A model generated the notes under the pieces. It was not told where the DNA came from and searched no databases. It was given only the letters and a program-made list of their open reading frames with translations. A DNA stretch of 64,000 nucleotides from Octopus sinensis (lineage: Eukaryota), in assembly GCF_006345805.1 (NCBI RefSeq), contig NW_021833807.1, forward strand, positions 1 through 64,000, in the 5' to 3' direction. This document shows positions 50,750 to 63,452 of the stretch, piece by piece. Position numbers and translations under genes: made by a program. How positions within the stretch are numbered: position 1 is the first letter of the stretch; the number at the start of each line of letters is the position of its first letter.

Positions 50750-53700
50750 AACGTTGCCAGTTTGTTGTAAGAAAATTTCTAAAGGGATTTCAAGCTCCTA
50801 AAGTGACAGGAGTCAGTGGGAAAACATTAAAAGGACGTCATTGCTAAATTAAGAAGGACTAAGTAATTTACAATTAAATAGTTATTTACAATAAGGATTC
50901 AACTTTACTTAATTTTCTAGTCAACTTTGCCTATATAAATTCAGCACCGAACCAATTTTTAGAACAAATGAAAATCACATACATGTCTTCTTAGCACATT
51001 CAACTTTTTTGTACTTCTGCGAATTTAGATTACTATCCCAACTTTACAAAGACATTCTATACATTCCCTCACTGCCAAAATCTTGTATTCGTAGATCCAT
51101 TTATCATTCAGATTATAATATTTGCCATCATGAAAACATCCTTCAAAACTGATGTCATCGTCGATTACGTAATCTTTTTATTATTAACAAAACATTTAAA
51201 CTTCTTATAGAGATACAGCATCCTCTCTTTATAAAGCTCGGATCGTTTGGCTCGTACCCCTCCGGACAGGGCTTATTTGTACAATAAAAGTCATAAGGAC
51301 TCTAATAATTAGAAAGAAAAAAGATACCGTGCAATAACAGAGAATACATGGTTTATACCCTTCTCCGAATATATAGGGATGCCAAGCACTCCCAATTGAG
51401 TACATCCTCCTGTCTCCGTCATAATAACACATCCCTCGATAAATATGAACTATAAAACATTTGAAGGGTAATAGAGGACAACCAGGGCATTCGGGACAAC
51501 ACCGTTCGTCAGATTGGCGATATGACTGGCAGGAGGGGCATAGAATTTTATCACATTTCGCTTTGCCTCTCTAAAATTAAGGGATAAATTAATGTCATTA
51601 CGTCACACGAGCAGGTTTTACATGAAATTGTCCAAATATCTCCATCATTGTGAACTATTCCTCGGTTAAAGTCATAGCATTTGTCTCGTTCCACTAATTG
51701 GTTGATGTCTGGGATGACAAAATCATCTTGTGCTATGAAAGTTACCGCGTGGCAAATAATATTCAACATAATCTACAAATTTAAAATTATATTAAGAACA
51801 GGACGACTTGAGATTTGATTTGATTTTTTTGAAAGAATAAACACGACTTTCCCTTGGCTTAGTTTGAGAGCGAAATCAGGAGTTATCTGTGAAAATACCC
51901 CCTTTTAGCTTTATATTTTATTTGATCACTTGGGAAAATGTCTGCAGTTCAAATTTTAATAATTGTCGAAGACTTATGTTATTGTCAATTTCTTTCATTT
52001 CAATTTCAATCTTGCTTATTTTTTGGTTTATTATGTTTGGAAAATGAACCAGAAAGTCTATTTGACATTCTTTGGAAAGCTTGATATAAATAACACATAA
52101 AAATTGGTTTTTAGTATATTTTTCACGGTCATATACAATGATCGGACTTTTAGCTGAATTTTAGAATTTTATAATACAAATACATAAATATCCTGTTATT
52201 GGTACTGATTCAACCATGCCGGTGATAGAACCACTCATCCCAGTTAGGGATAATACAATCTCTTCATCAGCAATTGCCTGAGCTAAGGGAATGTCGATTG
52301 GAAGGTTGGAGCATTCAATCTGACTGTTCATAAAAGTCGTTTTACTTTGCAGTGAAGACGACAATGATCTGTACATTCATTCTTCAAGTTGTACTCTAAT
52401 CCTAAAATTCCATAATATAAATGAATTCTTATTATTTCATCTTTTAAAAAATAGGCTTTAATCTATTGATTTAAAAATTGTTTTTACGTAGAAATCTATT
52501 TCCGTAGGACCAACGTTGAGCGTGACTACTCCAACATCCCCAGGTCTGCTTCGAGACTCAAGTACTCCACTAAAGCCTAAAAACTATTCAATTGAGTTAA
52601 CTTTGACAAGTCGGCTTCAATTTTAAAGAACCAGTAAACACAAGCCCGTCTTGATCGACAAACTTTAAATGGAGACTGAATAAAAGTAAATTTATGACAG
52701 GAAGAGTTAATGTCCCATTTATAGTGTTAGACTGTTTGATGTATAAAGAGAAATCGAATTATACTTTGTTATTGACTAATTGGCTGTCATTTGCTATTAA
52801 GTGAAAATTTTCGTACAGAAATATGTCACATTTTGTTTCTGTTTTTTCTTCTATTAATGATTAAAATATTTATTAAACCTTTAAATTGAATGGAATATAC
52901 TAATTTATTATCAATTAATTCAAATAAGCAGAATATATGGTCACTTTTATTTCTTAAAACAGAAAAAAGAGAAACTAAACTATATAAAAATAAATAACCT
53001 TGACGAATGTTTAAAGACTTTATAAGTTGTCCAGTAAATGTCTTTTCATTCTCAATCATGTGAATTACAATCGAGGCTGATTGATTTAAACTCAAAGTTG
53101 ATTCAGAAGAAACACAAAACAATAATTATTTATTAATAGTAATACAATATTCGAAGTATTCTGAAATTTAGCTGCAGGCTTTTCAAATAAAATCTCGTCG
53201 CCGTATACGAGAGATGTAATAATCTGATCATTTTCAAGATCAGCGAAATCTCTAACAGTAATCTTCAAAAATTACTCTGAAAAATATATTGACAAGATTG
53301 TAGTTTTATTCAATATTCGAATATTAACTACTCCATAAATATCACCCGTCTGGTCTTTAATCAACGAATACAATTCATTTTTAGGGGTACCATCCTTTTT
53401 TCTACTTTGTTTCTGTATTGAGTAATCCATTTGTAGTGAGTCTGTGGTAATATTTTAAAATTTATGTTGTTTACCATTGTCGTAAACGTCAATCTCATCA
53501 ATACAAACCTTACAACACTTTCCTGTATCATATTTCACCTTCTGACAGTTAAGAGGCTCACATTTGAGATGCAAATAGTCACAAATTATGTCACCGAGCG
53601 AAGAGCACTCGCACAAAAGACAATAGTTTTTGTTCAAGTCTTCAGATTTAGGATAAAATTTTTCTCCAATACCAATAAATTCCCCATCATATACACAGCC

Positions 53701-53822
53701 TATGGAAGATATATTATCTTAATAATACCTCCCTCCACCGGATAACTTATAGACTTTCCATCTTGAAAGGGTAAAAAGTGAGTCGGAAAAATATTACTAA
53801 TATATAAAAGTATTCCAATCAT
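50750..53822 (-). CDS. CHRD: Chordin (VWC - CHRD region - VWC x3)
   Basis: Hydrophobic N-terminus at ATG 53822; CR1 GCIYDGE..CLLCEC..CCKVC; long non-Cys middle; CR2 DIWTISCKTCSC; CR3 CYYDGDRR..WHPYIFGEG..CILCYC; 3' end approximate. Confidence 0.72.
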
Positions 53823-54000
53823 TGTGTTTGTTTGCGTAAAATAGTTTATTTATTTACATAATAAATTAACACTCTTGGTTAATTGTCTAGAAATTAGAAT
53901 TTAATAAAAATTATAAAAATAAAAACAATTCTTTTGTTAATTTTTAGATATATTAATTAGAATTTTAATATATATAGCGCTTTTCGACAATTGCTGTGTG

Positions 54001-55180
54001 ATGGTTTGTAACAATATATAATGAGTATTACAGGACGATAGTAGTTCAAGTGATTTTTCTATTGAAGAAATTGATGAATATTTTCGTAATTATCAAGAAG
54101 ACGATGTAATAACTTCCAATGTAGATCAGTTTAAGGAAATGTTGCAATCCACTAATCAACAAATTCAGGCGTATTTTCTTCATTTGTTAAAATTTAAGTA
54201 TTACTGGAAAGCCCCATAAAATCTATTATGAAAGTATACTTACAACTCCAGCTAAACACTCGTAAGAAAAATTCTATATAAAACACACAGAATCTCAAAA
54301 ACTGACAAGAATTCTTCTAAATCCAAAATAATGGCAATTGGGACTTATCAGGACTCAGTTAATTACCAGAAAGTCTCATCTCCTGATTTGTTTGTAGAAC
54401 AGAACACTGTAGAAGAGGTAGGTCATTTGTCTTATTGTCAGTCAATGACTTCGAAGGCAGTTCCCGGCAAGCTTTTGAATCCGATTTTTTCAACTCCTAC
54501 TCAAAAAATAATAGTTTTCGTTATATTATCTTAAAATAGAATCGAGAGTGTTTTTCGACTAATAAGCAGAATTCAAAACTGACTAAAATTGTTAAAGCCG
54601 TCAAATCTGTAACTAAAAAACAAGAATTTAGTCACAAAAAAGTACAAAATATTTAAAATATGAAAGGCATGGCAGCAGTTTGACAACAAACCAGTGGAGA
54701 CTGATAGACATTTGGAGAAACGTAAGGCAGAACTAGAAAGAAAGGTGTTGGAGATGAAAAAGAGTCGAGAATTGAGACAAAAGTTGGTTCAGGAAAGAAG
54801 AAATGAAATACAAGCAAAAATCAATAAAAAGGAAATTACAAAAACGCCGGCAAAAAAGCATGTTGAAGTGATCCAGGTCCAAGAAAAGCGCGAAGAAAGT
54901 TATGACATTAGCAATTTAAAGGAGGATTATTTTGATGATGAGACTTGTCCTGAGAATGAGATCCCTGAATGGGCCCGATCCAGTTGTGAACTGTAAGTTA
55001 TGTGTAGAGGAGCTAATTTTGGAGCAATGTCGTCACCAATTGAAGGAAAATATAGACCCTGTCCGTATTTTTGGAAAATTGGATCTGTCAAAGGTCAATG
55101 AGATGTTTGCATCGTTCGGAGTTCAAGATTATGGACACGACGATACAGTGTGGGACAAAGAACCAGTTTGTCAAAGCTGA
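54001..55180 (+). CDS. INCENP: Inner centromere protein (INCENP-like)
   Basis: Coiled coil, then IN-box YDISNLKEDYFDDETCPENEIPEWAR..DPVRIFG..TVWD; ATG/30-nt intron/DDSSS start. Confidence 0.8.
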
Positions 55181-55274
55181 AGAATATTTGACAGATAACA
55201 AAAATATGTTGTTTTCTATGCTATATTATATACAAAATAGTGAGAAGTAACAATCAAATAATTTTTCTAAGGAT

Positions 55275-55728
55275 TAATTAGTTTTAGCATTCTTTTGTGG
55301 AATTTTCAATTCTGCTTTATCCAAAATATCATCGTCACATTCTTGTATTAGTTCAAGCTTTTTTGTGCCTGATTTTTGTGATTTTGACACTGCATTATTG
55401 CTACAATTCATTTACCTGAATATTGATAAACCCTACTTCCTCTGGCTTTTTTCAATATTTTTTCTGAATATTCAGAACTCCTTTCTACTTCTATATTAAA
55501 TCCACTTTCACATGTCATAATGAGTTTACAGATATCTTTGTAACTTTTATTTTTAAAATTTATATTGTTGATTTTTAAAATGACGTCGTTAACTTGTAAA
55601 CCAGCTCTTTCAGCAGGCGAATTGGGGATTATCTCATTTATTATGTGAGTTTTTTGACCCGGAATCGAATCCAAGACCATTCCGTATATACAGTCTGGGC
55701 GTTTCAATATTATTCTGCGTTCATTCAT
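55275..55728 (-). CDS. PDZ-domain protein
   Basis: YGMVL..HIINEIIPNSPAERAGLQVNDVILKINNIN; boundaries uncertain. Confidence 0.75.
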
Positions 55729-56689
55729 TAGAGCACAAAGGTTAAAATTTATTCATAGACTTAAAAAAATAACTTTAAATTTATTGTGTTAATTAATAAA
55801 AATAATAAATTATCTCGAATTTACAAAAATTATCAATTTATAATCAGTCAAACTGAGGCTTTTACTTGGTAAAGAATTCATTTCAACAAATCCGTCTGAA
55901 ACAACATAATTCATACTAGTTTGGGTCTTTGGCTTCCTTACACTGATCGACAAATCAACTTCCAGCGATTTCTGCATAATACTTAACCGCTACGAGCATC
56001 AAAAAAGTGTTTGCACTAGTAAAGATATTTCACAATAATTTTTATCGTGTATTTGTTTTGCATGACTTCTTAAATTTTGTTCTACAATAAATGGATCATT
56101 GTAATTCTACTAACATCGACAGCAAATCAATTCATAATCCATTCTAGATTGCATTTTTTACTCTCTCTATTTAGATATCAAAAAGAAGAACGAAAAAAAT
56201 TTGGAATTCAAAGCTTTGATTACTTGGAAATGAAAACTATGCTCTGTCATATTTTTAATTCTTTTTTGATTTGGTAAACAGTTTGAATAAAAAATTATAG
56301 GATTTTTTATGTTCTGTTAATAATGGTAGAACTTTAGTACAACATTATGATTAAAAACAGAAATCAGTCATATGAATTATTCTAATGTATTAGTGTTGCT
56401 TATATCCAGTCAATCGTGATCAAGAGAACATTAGAAAGCATGCGCCTGGAGTATAAACTCTTTTCTACAGCGGCGAAGCATGCAATTAAATCGGACTCGA
56501 GAACTACTACAAAAGTGGCCTGCCCTGTAAAATGGATAAGTGTACCCGTCGAAGACATTTGTTCGGGCTCGAAGAGGAGAATCGACTGAAAGCAGACACA
56601 ATAATTAAAAATCAATTTTATCTGGACTTTTCGAATTATAAAACAGCCAGCGAGATCCTCTGAATAAGGAATATAAACTCCCTCGTATC

Positions 56690-57060
56690 TCTGCGCGATA
56701 GGTGCACAGACAATCAAGTTTCTTAAGATGAGCAAGCGTCTTGGCCCCAAAAACACAGGAAGTCTCGACGGCAATTGTCCAAAAGCAAAATCGATTGCGT
56801 AAATCCTCGTATTTCGTTAGTTTCGCAAATTCGGCCTTCTCGGCCAACGAACCGGGTCGACAAGCCGTGGAATTCAAGGCTCCATTGGCGAAAGAGTCAG
56901 CACAGGTGACGTCCCAAACAAGCTGGTTCTCGGATTCAAAAGCGAAAAGCGTATAGCCGTCAAGACGTTTTGCATCTTCAAGGTCGAGGCCCGTCGGTTC
57001 CAGAACTGAAGGGAAACCAGCTCTTTCCAGAGCTTTTTGAATCTTTCCAGAGTCTATAAG
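56690..57060 (-). mobile_element. CRE-like RLE fragment
   Basis: LEPTGLDLEDAKRLDG..WDVTCAD..IAVETS. Confidence 0.85.
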
Positions 57061-57492
57061 GCGGAGAGAGATTATACAGAAGGTGGTGTATATATACAAC
57101 ATAACTTGTCATCGCGCAACTGGAGAGTCATCATTTTGGTTAGTCTCTTTATTTACTCACTCTATTGTACGGAATAACAAGTTTTAATATTTTGACACGT
57201 GGAGCCGCAGAAGAAGAGATTAACTCAGAATCGAAAGAAACGGAATTATCCTTAGAAGTAAAAATTCATAATGAAAAGTATAAAAGCAAAGTTACAGAAG
57301 ACGCAAATGAAAATTGTCAAAAAAGATATCAAAATTGGAAATAATGTTACAATTAAAATTGATTTCAATAAAAAATGACGAACTTATTGTTAATAAACGA
57401 AAAGAGTTAAAATGCGCAGCGAATCGACTGGCAATTCCCGCGCAATAAAAATATAAAAACAAGAAAATGTAGTTATGTGTGGTTATAGATTC

Positions 57493-57766
57493 TGTGACAG
57501 GTAAGAGGCGGAACCACGCCGGAGGCGGAACCTGGAGGCGGAATTTTTAATAAACAATAATTTTTTGATTTAATTTTCATTGGAAAAGCATTTAGGGTTA
57601 GGGTTAGTTTTTCACTTGGGGAAAAAGTGAAATAAAGTTGAGCAAAAAATGTATATTTGAGTGTTTTAATAAATATTTTAGTGTACAATTTTAATTTTAA
57701 AAAAAATTTGAAAAATTCCGCCTCCAGGTTCCGCCTCCGGCGTGGTTCCGTCTCTTACCTGTGACA
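57493..57766. mobile_element. 274-bp Ginger-type MITE with internal telomeric repeat
   Basis: ~55-bp TIRs TGTGACAGG..CCTGTGACA, 5-bp TSD gattc, ttagggttagggttag at 57592-607. Confidence 0.9.
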
Positions 57767-58089
57767 GATTCATTTTCAAAATTCGCAGCCGTAAAATTAG
57801 CTATACGGAAATCCGCGGCGAAAATTACGAAAAAATTAATGAATGTTTTTATGATGATTGACCCCCCATTCATTCTACATATGTTTTTAAACGGAGAACC
57901 TGAAAAATGTAGAATGTAACAAAATACGTTATTGATTAAAAAAATTGATGATGTGGATTTTTCCCAAGTCTTGGTTTCAAATATCCGAACTATGATGTCA
58001 AATATCCACATTGCGATATTAATGTAAAAATTAAGTATTTAAAAAATATAAATGGATTTTTGTTCGTTCGGAATGAATACTTTTGTTAA

Positions 58090-58430
58090 AACTATGAATA
58101 CTTCTTCAAACAAGGGACAAAATATTCACATAATTGGAGCCATTAATGAGAACAAATTAATATATTTGGAACGAAAACGCAAACATTTTAAAAAAGAGGA
58201 TTGTCAGTAAAGGTTCAGAAATATGATCAAAAGTACAAATGAAAAATATTCAGAAATTGGTATTGATAGACAACGCACTGGCACATTCACAGTTAGAGAA
58301 AATGATAGAAGAATTTCGAGATATTGAAATTATAAGATTGGGACCTTACAGTAGACCATTAAATCCAATAGAGGAATGCTGAAGCGTGCATACGAGTGAA
58401 CTAAAAAGAAAAATGGCGATTAACTACATT
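58090..58430 (+). mobile_element. IS630/Tc1-like DDE remnant
   Basis: GQNIHIIGAIN, IDNA, GPYSRPLNPIEE. Confidence 0.7.
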
Positions 58431-59324
58431 CAACTTTGAGCAGGGAAAAACTCTTATATGGGATTCTACATGCTGTGACACATTCTCCAGCGGGAACCTA
58501 GCCATGTCGGCCGTCAACCCAGACTTTGCTTCCAATCGCGCTGAACATATCTAAATAATCACAAAAATTGTTCCGCGTAGCCCCTGGATCTTTACGCGTA
58601 CCCCTAGGCACATGTACCCCCGGTTAAGAAACCCTGCTGTAGAGCCAAATGTATGATCGGAAAATTTTCTGGAGTTTTGTTAAAAATAAACACATGGGTC
58701 CAAATTGTACTAGTAATCGTTGTATTCTTTCACTGCCATTCTCTGATGTCAAAGAATCCTTTTTGGTTATAATGAAATTAAATTTTCAATAATTTAATTG
58801 AAAGTTCTCATCAGAAAAAAATTAAAATAAAAGGGTTTCGCACCACTTTAATGTTGGGAGCTGCTGCTTTAAAATATTGAATTTTAAAAGAAACTTTGAA
58901 AAATAAATTTCCGAGAGATTTTTTAGGCAAGTTAAATATAGACCCAAAGCTTGTCATTACTTTGGTAGCCCCTGAATCTAGACTGCGCGTTGACATGAAT
59001 CTGCCCATCCATGCACTATACGTGGGCCCTAAGAGGTTGAGGTTGATGGAGTAAAACAATACAAATAACGAAAACGGAAATTGAATAACTAACATGTTCT
59101 TTCCAGAGTTAAACTTTATTGCAAATATAGTTACTTTTTACTTATTTTCCGAGGCGTGGTGACAACAATATTTTTTTAGATTAAATAGTATAAATTTTTT
59201 CAAGATAAAACCATAAATTTGAAATAGCAATGACGACTGAAATCACTTGCACCGCAAAAGATAAATTGACTGCTAATTCTGGTAGTTGTGTCACCAGGGA
59301 GGATTGATATACAAAGAATGAATT

Positions 59325-59440
59325 GACGATTTCGGACTCGCAACCGTTGGCGATCCCCACCCGGAGTAGGTAAGGTGCAAATTCTGAGATGAGGCGGGAA
59401 CATACACTTCTCGCTGCCAATTTAGCGAAAGTAGTTTCCA
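59325..59440 (-). mobile_element. CRE-like RT fragment
   Basis: KLAARSVCSRLISEFAPY.LRVGIANGCE. Confidence 0.7.
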
Positions 59441-59539
59441 ATTGCTATAACCAAGATTAATTGATTTAAAATCACCTTTTCAATAATCTGGCTATTATTG
59501 GATACTTGCTCTCTGAAAAAGTAGGAATTACTGACATTT

Positions 59540-59713
59540 TTTTAATTTAACTCAAGAATCACTAACAGTTAATTAGGGTAATTAATTAGGTGATTCCAAC
59601 AATCCTTAAGATTTTTCTCAGCTTTTCCCAATGTTAAACTCTGGACCCAATGCAAGTGCGGAACGGAAGGGGAACAGTTTTAGTAAGGATTTGAATCGGG
59701 GTAATGTGCTTCA
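59540..59713. repeat. Unclassified ~190-bp dispersed repeat, copy 3 (inverted)
   Basis: Reverse-complement match to copies 1 and 2; truncates the adjacent APE ORF. Confidence 0.88.
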
Positions 59714-60120
59714 GACATTTCTGATACGCCGTCTTGAATTGTTGCCTTGAAATCATCCGTGGAGTCCGTATGGTGCAAACCGTTTTTGATAATGAACAGA
59801 AGGCCCCCGCCAAGTCGGTTAAACCGGCCTAAGCGGATACAGTTATATCCCGGAAATGAGGGAGTAATAGAGGAAGGTGTTAATCTGGTTTCTTGCAAGG
59901 CAGCTACATAGATGTTATGTTTTTTGAGGGATGTCCGTAATTCAAGAACTTTCCCTCTTATTCCATTGATGTTTTGTTGGAGTATGATTAGATAGGGTCT
60001 CGATTTTCCTCCACATCGCCCGAAAGCAGAATGCTCAGGCCTTTCGTCCATCGGGGGCTGAGATCATGGGATTTTCGTCTGGATAATTCCAGCTGGGAAG
60101 AGTGCTTTCTCGAATTCTGT
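59714..60120 (-). mobile_element. LINE 5' region with APE N-terminus
   Basis: ILQQNINGIRGK, AALQETRL, GGGLLFII. Confidence 0.88.
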
Positions 60121-60133
60121 GCGCCTTCAGAGT

Positions 60134-60344
60134 TGTTGTTGTTGTTGCATAACCCCGGTCTCACATTAGGGTATGAGACCGGCGGCTAGCAGAAACAACA
60201 GCGCCTTCGCGGGTTGTTTGTCGATGTGGGTCACCTTCTCGTGGTGGCAAATGATAGTTTCTCATGGAATTAACTACCAAAAGACCCACAACCTCCCCCC
60301 TGTCGGATCGGATACCTTCCGTGACGTTGGTGGCAGCAGAGCAG
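60134..60344 (-). mobile_element. 211-bp retroposed LINE 3' stub/SINE with (CAA)n tail
   Basis: 13-bp TSD gcgccttcagagt (60121-33, 60345-57); terminal hairpin ccggtctca/tgagaccgg. Confidence 0.8.
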
Positions 60345-60917
60345 GCGCCTTCAGAGTCGTAACAACTGGTGAACTACATGATGCAACGTGACAAAATTAC
60401 TATAATTACTGACATTCAAAACTGGTTTGTAATAAAAAATGAAGTTTTTTTCATTAATTTTTGTCAATTATCTTAATTTTTAATGGCAAACCTAATACCT
60501 AATAAAATAAGCCACATGTGAACACGCTGTTGATTTACTTTGTGGTGCTCTCTCAATTATTTGCTACACTTTATTTTTTTATCTGGATTCAGAAGGAATA
60601 ATTCAAGATGTATTTTCCTTTAATGATTTAATTATCTGAAAGTTCATCATTTTTGTGATATTTTCGATTTTATTCCTTTAATCTACTTTTTTACTTATTT
60701 ATACTTTTTGTGATATTTTTCTTTAATATCTATTTTTACTTTTTTTTTTATTTTATTTCTATTTTTACTTATTTCTTATTTATAATTTTTGTGGTATTTT
60801 TTGATTTTGTTCTTTTAATCTCCTTTTTTACTTATTTATACTTTTTGTGATATTTTTATAAAAAAATAATTTTAATATATTTTTTTTTAGAAATCAATGT
60901 AATTAAATGTGATAAAG

Positions 60918-61460
60918 TTAGTTAGAGGACTTCCCCGCTTCGTAGATGGAGAAACAGTTTCCTCGTACGATGGCAAGGGAAATCTTCTGAAGGAGCCAGC
61001 CCGTCTCGCGTGTGTCATTTCTCTTCAGAGAGATCAGACGTCCGAGCTTATAGAGGAAAGTCAAAGACTTTTCCCCAATGACCCCTGAAGTCTCGACAGC
61101 AACAGGGGCGAATAGATATCGCTCCGAGAGTTCTCTATATTTCGCAATCTTAAGCTTTTCTGTTCTAAGGGACACCGAACCGGCTGCGACGGCTGACAAG
61201 GGAAGATTAGGTTCAGAGAAAGTATCTGAGCATGTCGCGTCCCAAATCAGCGACTTGCCGAACTCAAAGGGGAAGGTGGATAGACCGTCAGGTCTTTTTC
61301 CGTCTCCCCTAGCAAGCCCAGCCGGTTCTAGGATTGATGGAATACCGGCAGCATTGAGACCCCTCAAGACAACGTCATTTAAGCCTGTGTGGCGTGGTGC
61401 CCGCCCAGCACTGCGTCTGCAGGAAAGAGGGTGTAGACCGTACTGGTCGATCATGGCCCC
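60918..61460 (-). mobile_element. CRE-like 3' fragment (RLE)
   Basis: HPLSCRRSAGRAPRH, KRPDG, WDATCSD, VAVETSG. Confidence 0.9.
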
Positions 61461-61799
61461 ACAGCGGCACAGTATTTTAATGTTGCAAATTTATTATGTC
61501 GCGAGCCGACCGAGCGCTAGACGCGACCAATCAAATTTACTCAATGTCAATCAATGTCAAAATAACCTATTTTATTGATAGATCAAGGACAATTATTATT
61601 TCTGACTGTTATCTAACTTCTTGAGTCGTTTGGCATGTACTTTCATTACTGATCCATCACTATTTTCCACATTGACAAAATTGTTAGACAGTTTTGCAAC
61701 AATAGTGAATGGATCCCCGTATGGATGTTCAAACCTGGTTAATCTCAAGGAAGGATTCGTCCCATAATCTTTTTGAATGCGAACCTTTTAAGAAGTAAA

Positions 61800-62523
61800 A
61801 GTAAAAAGATAGCCAAGCTAATTAAAGGCCTCACGAGACACCCGGCCAGCCTCGCCAATCCGTTCCCTCGGATCACAGAAATCGACAGACGTTCCAGGAG
61901 CCAAGAATACTCTCTTGGATCGTGGCTAGTCCTTGAAATCCGTCGAGCGAGCGAAGGAAGCGGAGTGTCTTGGGGCCGAAGATCCCGGAGGACTCCACGG
62001 CAATTGGAGTAAAGAACAGCGATTTGGAGAGGTGGCCGTACTTGAGAATCTTTCGCTCCTCGGCCTGCCTCGAAGCGTGCCCAGGATAGGCGGCGGACAG
62101 AGCGAGATTTCCCAGCGAGAACGTGTCCGAACAGGTAGAATCCCAAATAAGGGATTTCCCCTGCTCGTATGGGAAGGTGGACATGCCGTCTGGGCGTTTG
62201 CCATCCCCTCTATCCAATCCAACAGGTTCAAGGATTGACGCGATGCCAGCTGAAGCGAGGGCTCTCTGTATGATCGAGTTGAGTTCACTGTGACGGGGGG
62301 CACGACCGGCACTCCGCCGGCAAGCGAGGGGATGCAAACCGTATTCGTCAACAATTCCCCCACAACGGCATTTGTGCGTCTGGCAGATTTTCAGCCCGAC
62401 ACGGAGGGAGATTGCAATTCTTAGGCATTCCTTGTCCACCAGGTTCCCGATGGAAGGGAGAGCCTTTAACCAGACACCGCTGCCTTCGCAGCGACCTGCA
62501 CGGAGGCAAGCGATATATTTCCG
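61800..62523 (-). mobile_element. CRE-like 3' fragment (CCHC + RLE)
   Basis: CQTHKCRCG, KRPDG, WDSTCSD, IAVESSG. Confidence 0.9.
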
Positions 62524-63370
62524 GTGTTTCTTTTCGGTTGATATATATTTCCTCCAGTGCTGAAAACTCTTTCGCTTTCTACAGACGAAGCAGGAGCTGT
62601 TAAATATTTCAACGCCATTTTACTTAAGCGGGGAAATATATTCGTGAAGTTCTTCCACCACGTAAATATATTATCAGTTCGTGGTATTAAATCTAGCTCT
62701 AAATAATTTTGAAGTTCCGTCAAATAGCAATGTTGGTAATTTTTCTCCATAGACATAATTCGGTTAGAAGATGAAATTTGAGAAAATATTTCTTCAAATG
62801 TTAATGTTTCCGAATTTTGTATTTTTGTCAAAGAAATGGCATTTTCAGATAACTTCGTGTCAGGAGAATTACTATCCTTCATATATTTAACAATCAATTT
62901 TTTAATTCTTTCAATCATACAAGTCTTATGAAATCTTGTTTTAAATCTGGGATCCAATGTTGTTGTAATACATAGTGATTCGTTTTCAAAATAAAAGGTA
63001 AATCTTTTATCAATAGAGGACATTAATTTTTCAATTGTTTCTTTGATTTCATAAAATTCACAAGATTCTTTTGCCTTTTCAAGAAATAAGAGAATTGTTT
63101 TGATTGAAGGAATAATCATGGAAGCAGTAGCACTCCTTTTGCTCGCTTCAATTGTTATTTCCTCAAATGGTTTCAAAATTTTAACAATTTTTTCTGCTGT
63201 TATTCACTGTATATCTGATAATATTGAAAGATTATTATCAATTGCAAATGTTACGAGAGCTTTTCGTTGTTCGATCACTCTCGATAACATGTAATAAGTA
63301 GAATTCCATCTGATATTAATATCTCGAGTAGAATTCCATCGAAAATTTCCATACAACGCTCGAAATGTTA
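62524..63370 (-). mobile_element. hAT (Ac/ZBED-like) transposase C-terminal part
   Basis: RWNSTYYML, LDPRFK, WWK..FPRLSKMALKYL..PASSVESERVFS. Confidence 0.9.
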
Positions 63371-63411
63371 AACAAAATATTTAATTACATTTTTAATAAA
63401 ATAAATTATAT

Positions 63412-63452
63412 GTCACAGTCCAGACGTGCGTCACGCCGGACGTGAGTCACTT
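63412..63452. mobile_element. Ginger-like terminus
   Basis: TGTCACAGTCC plus duplicated gacgtg motif; same start as 20973. Confidence 0.4.
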
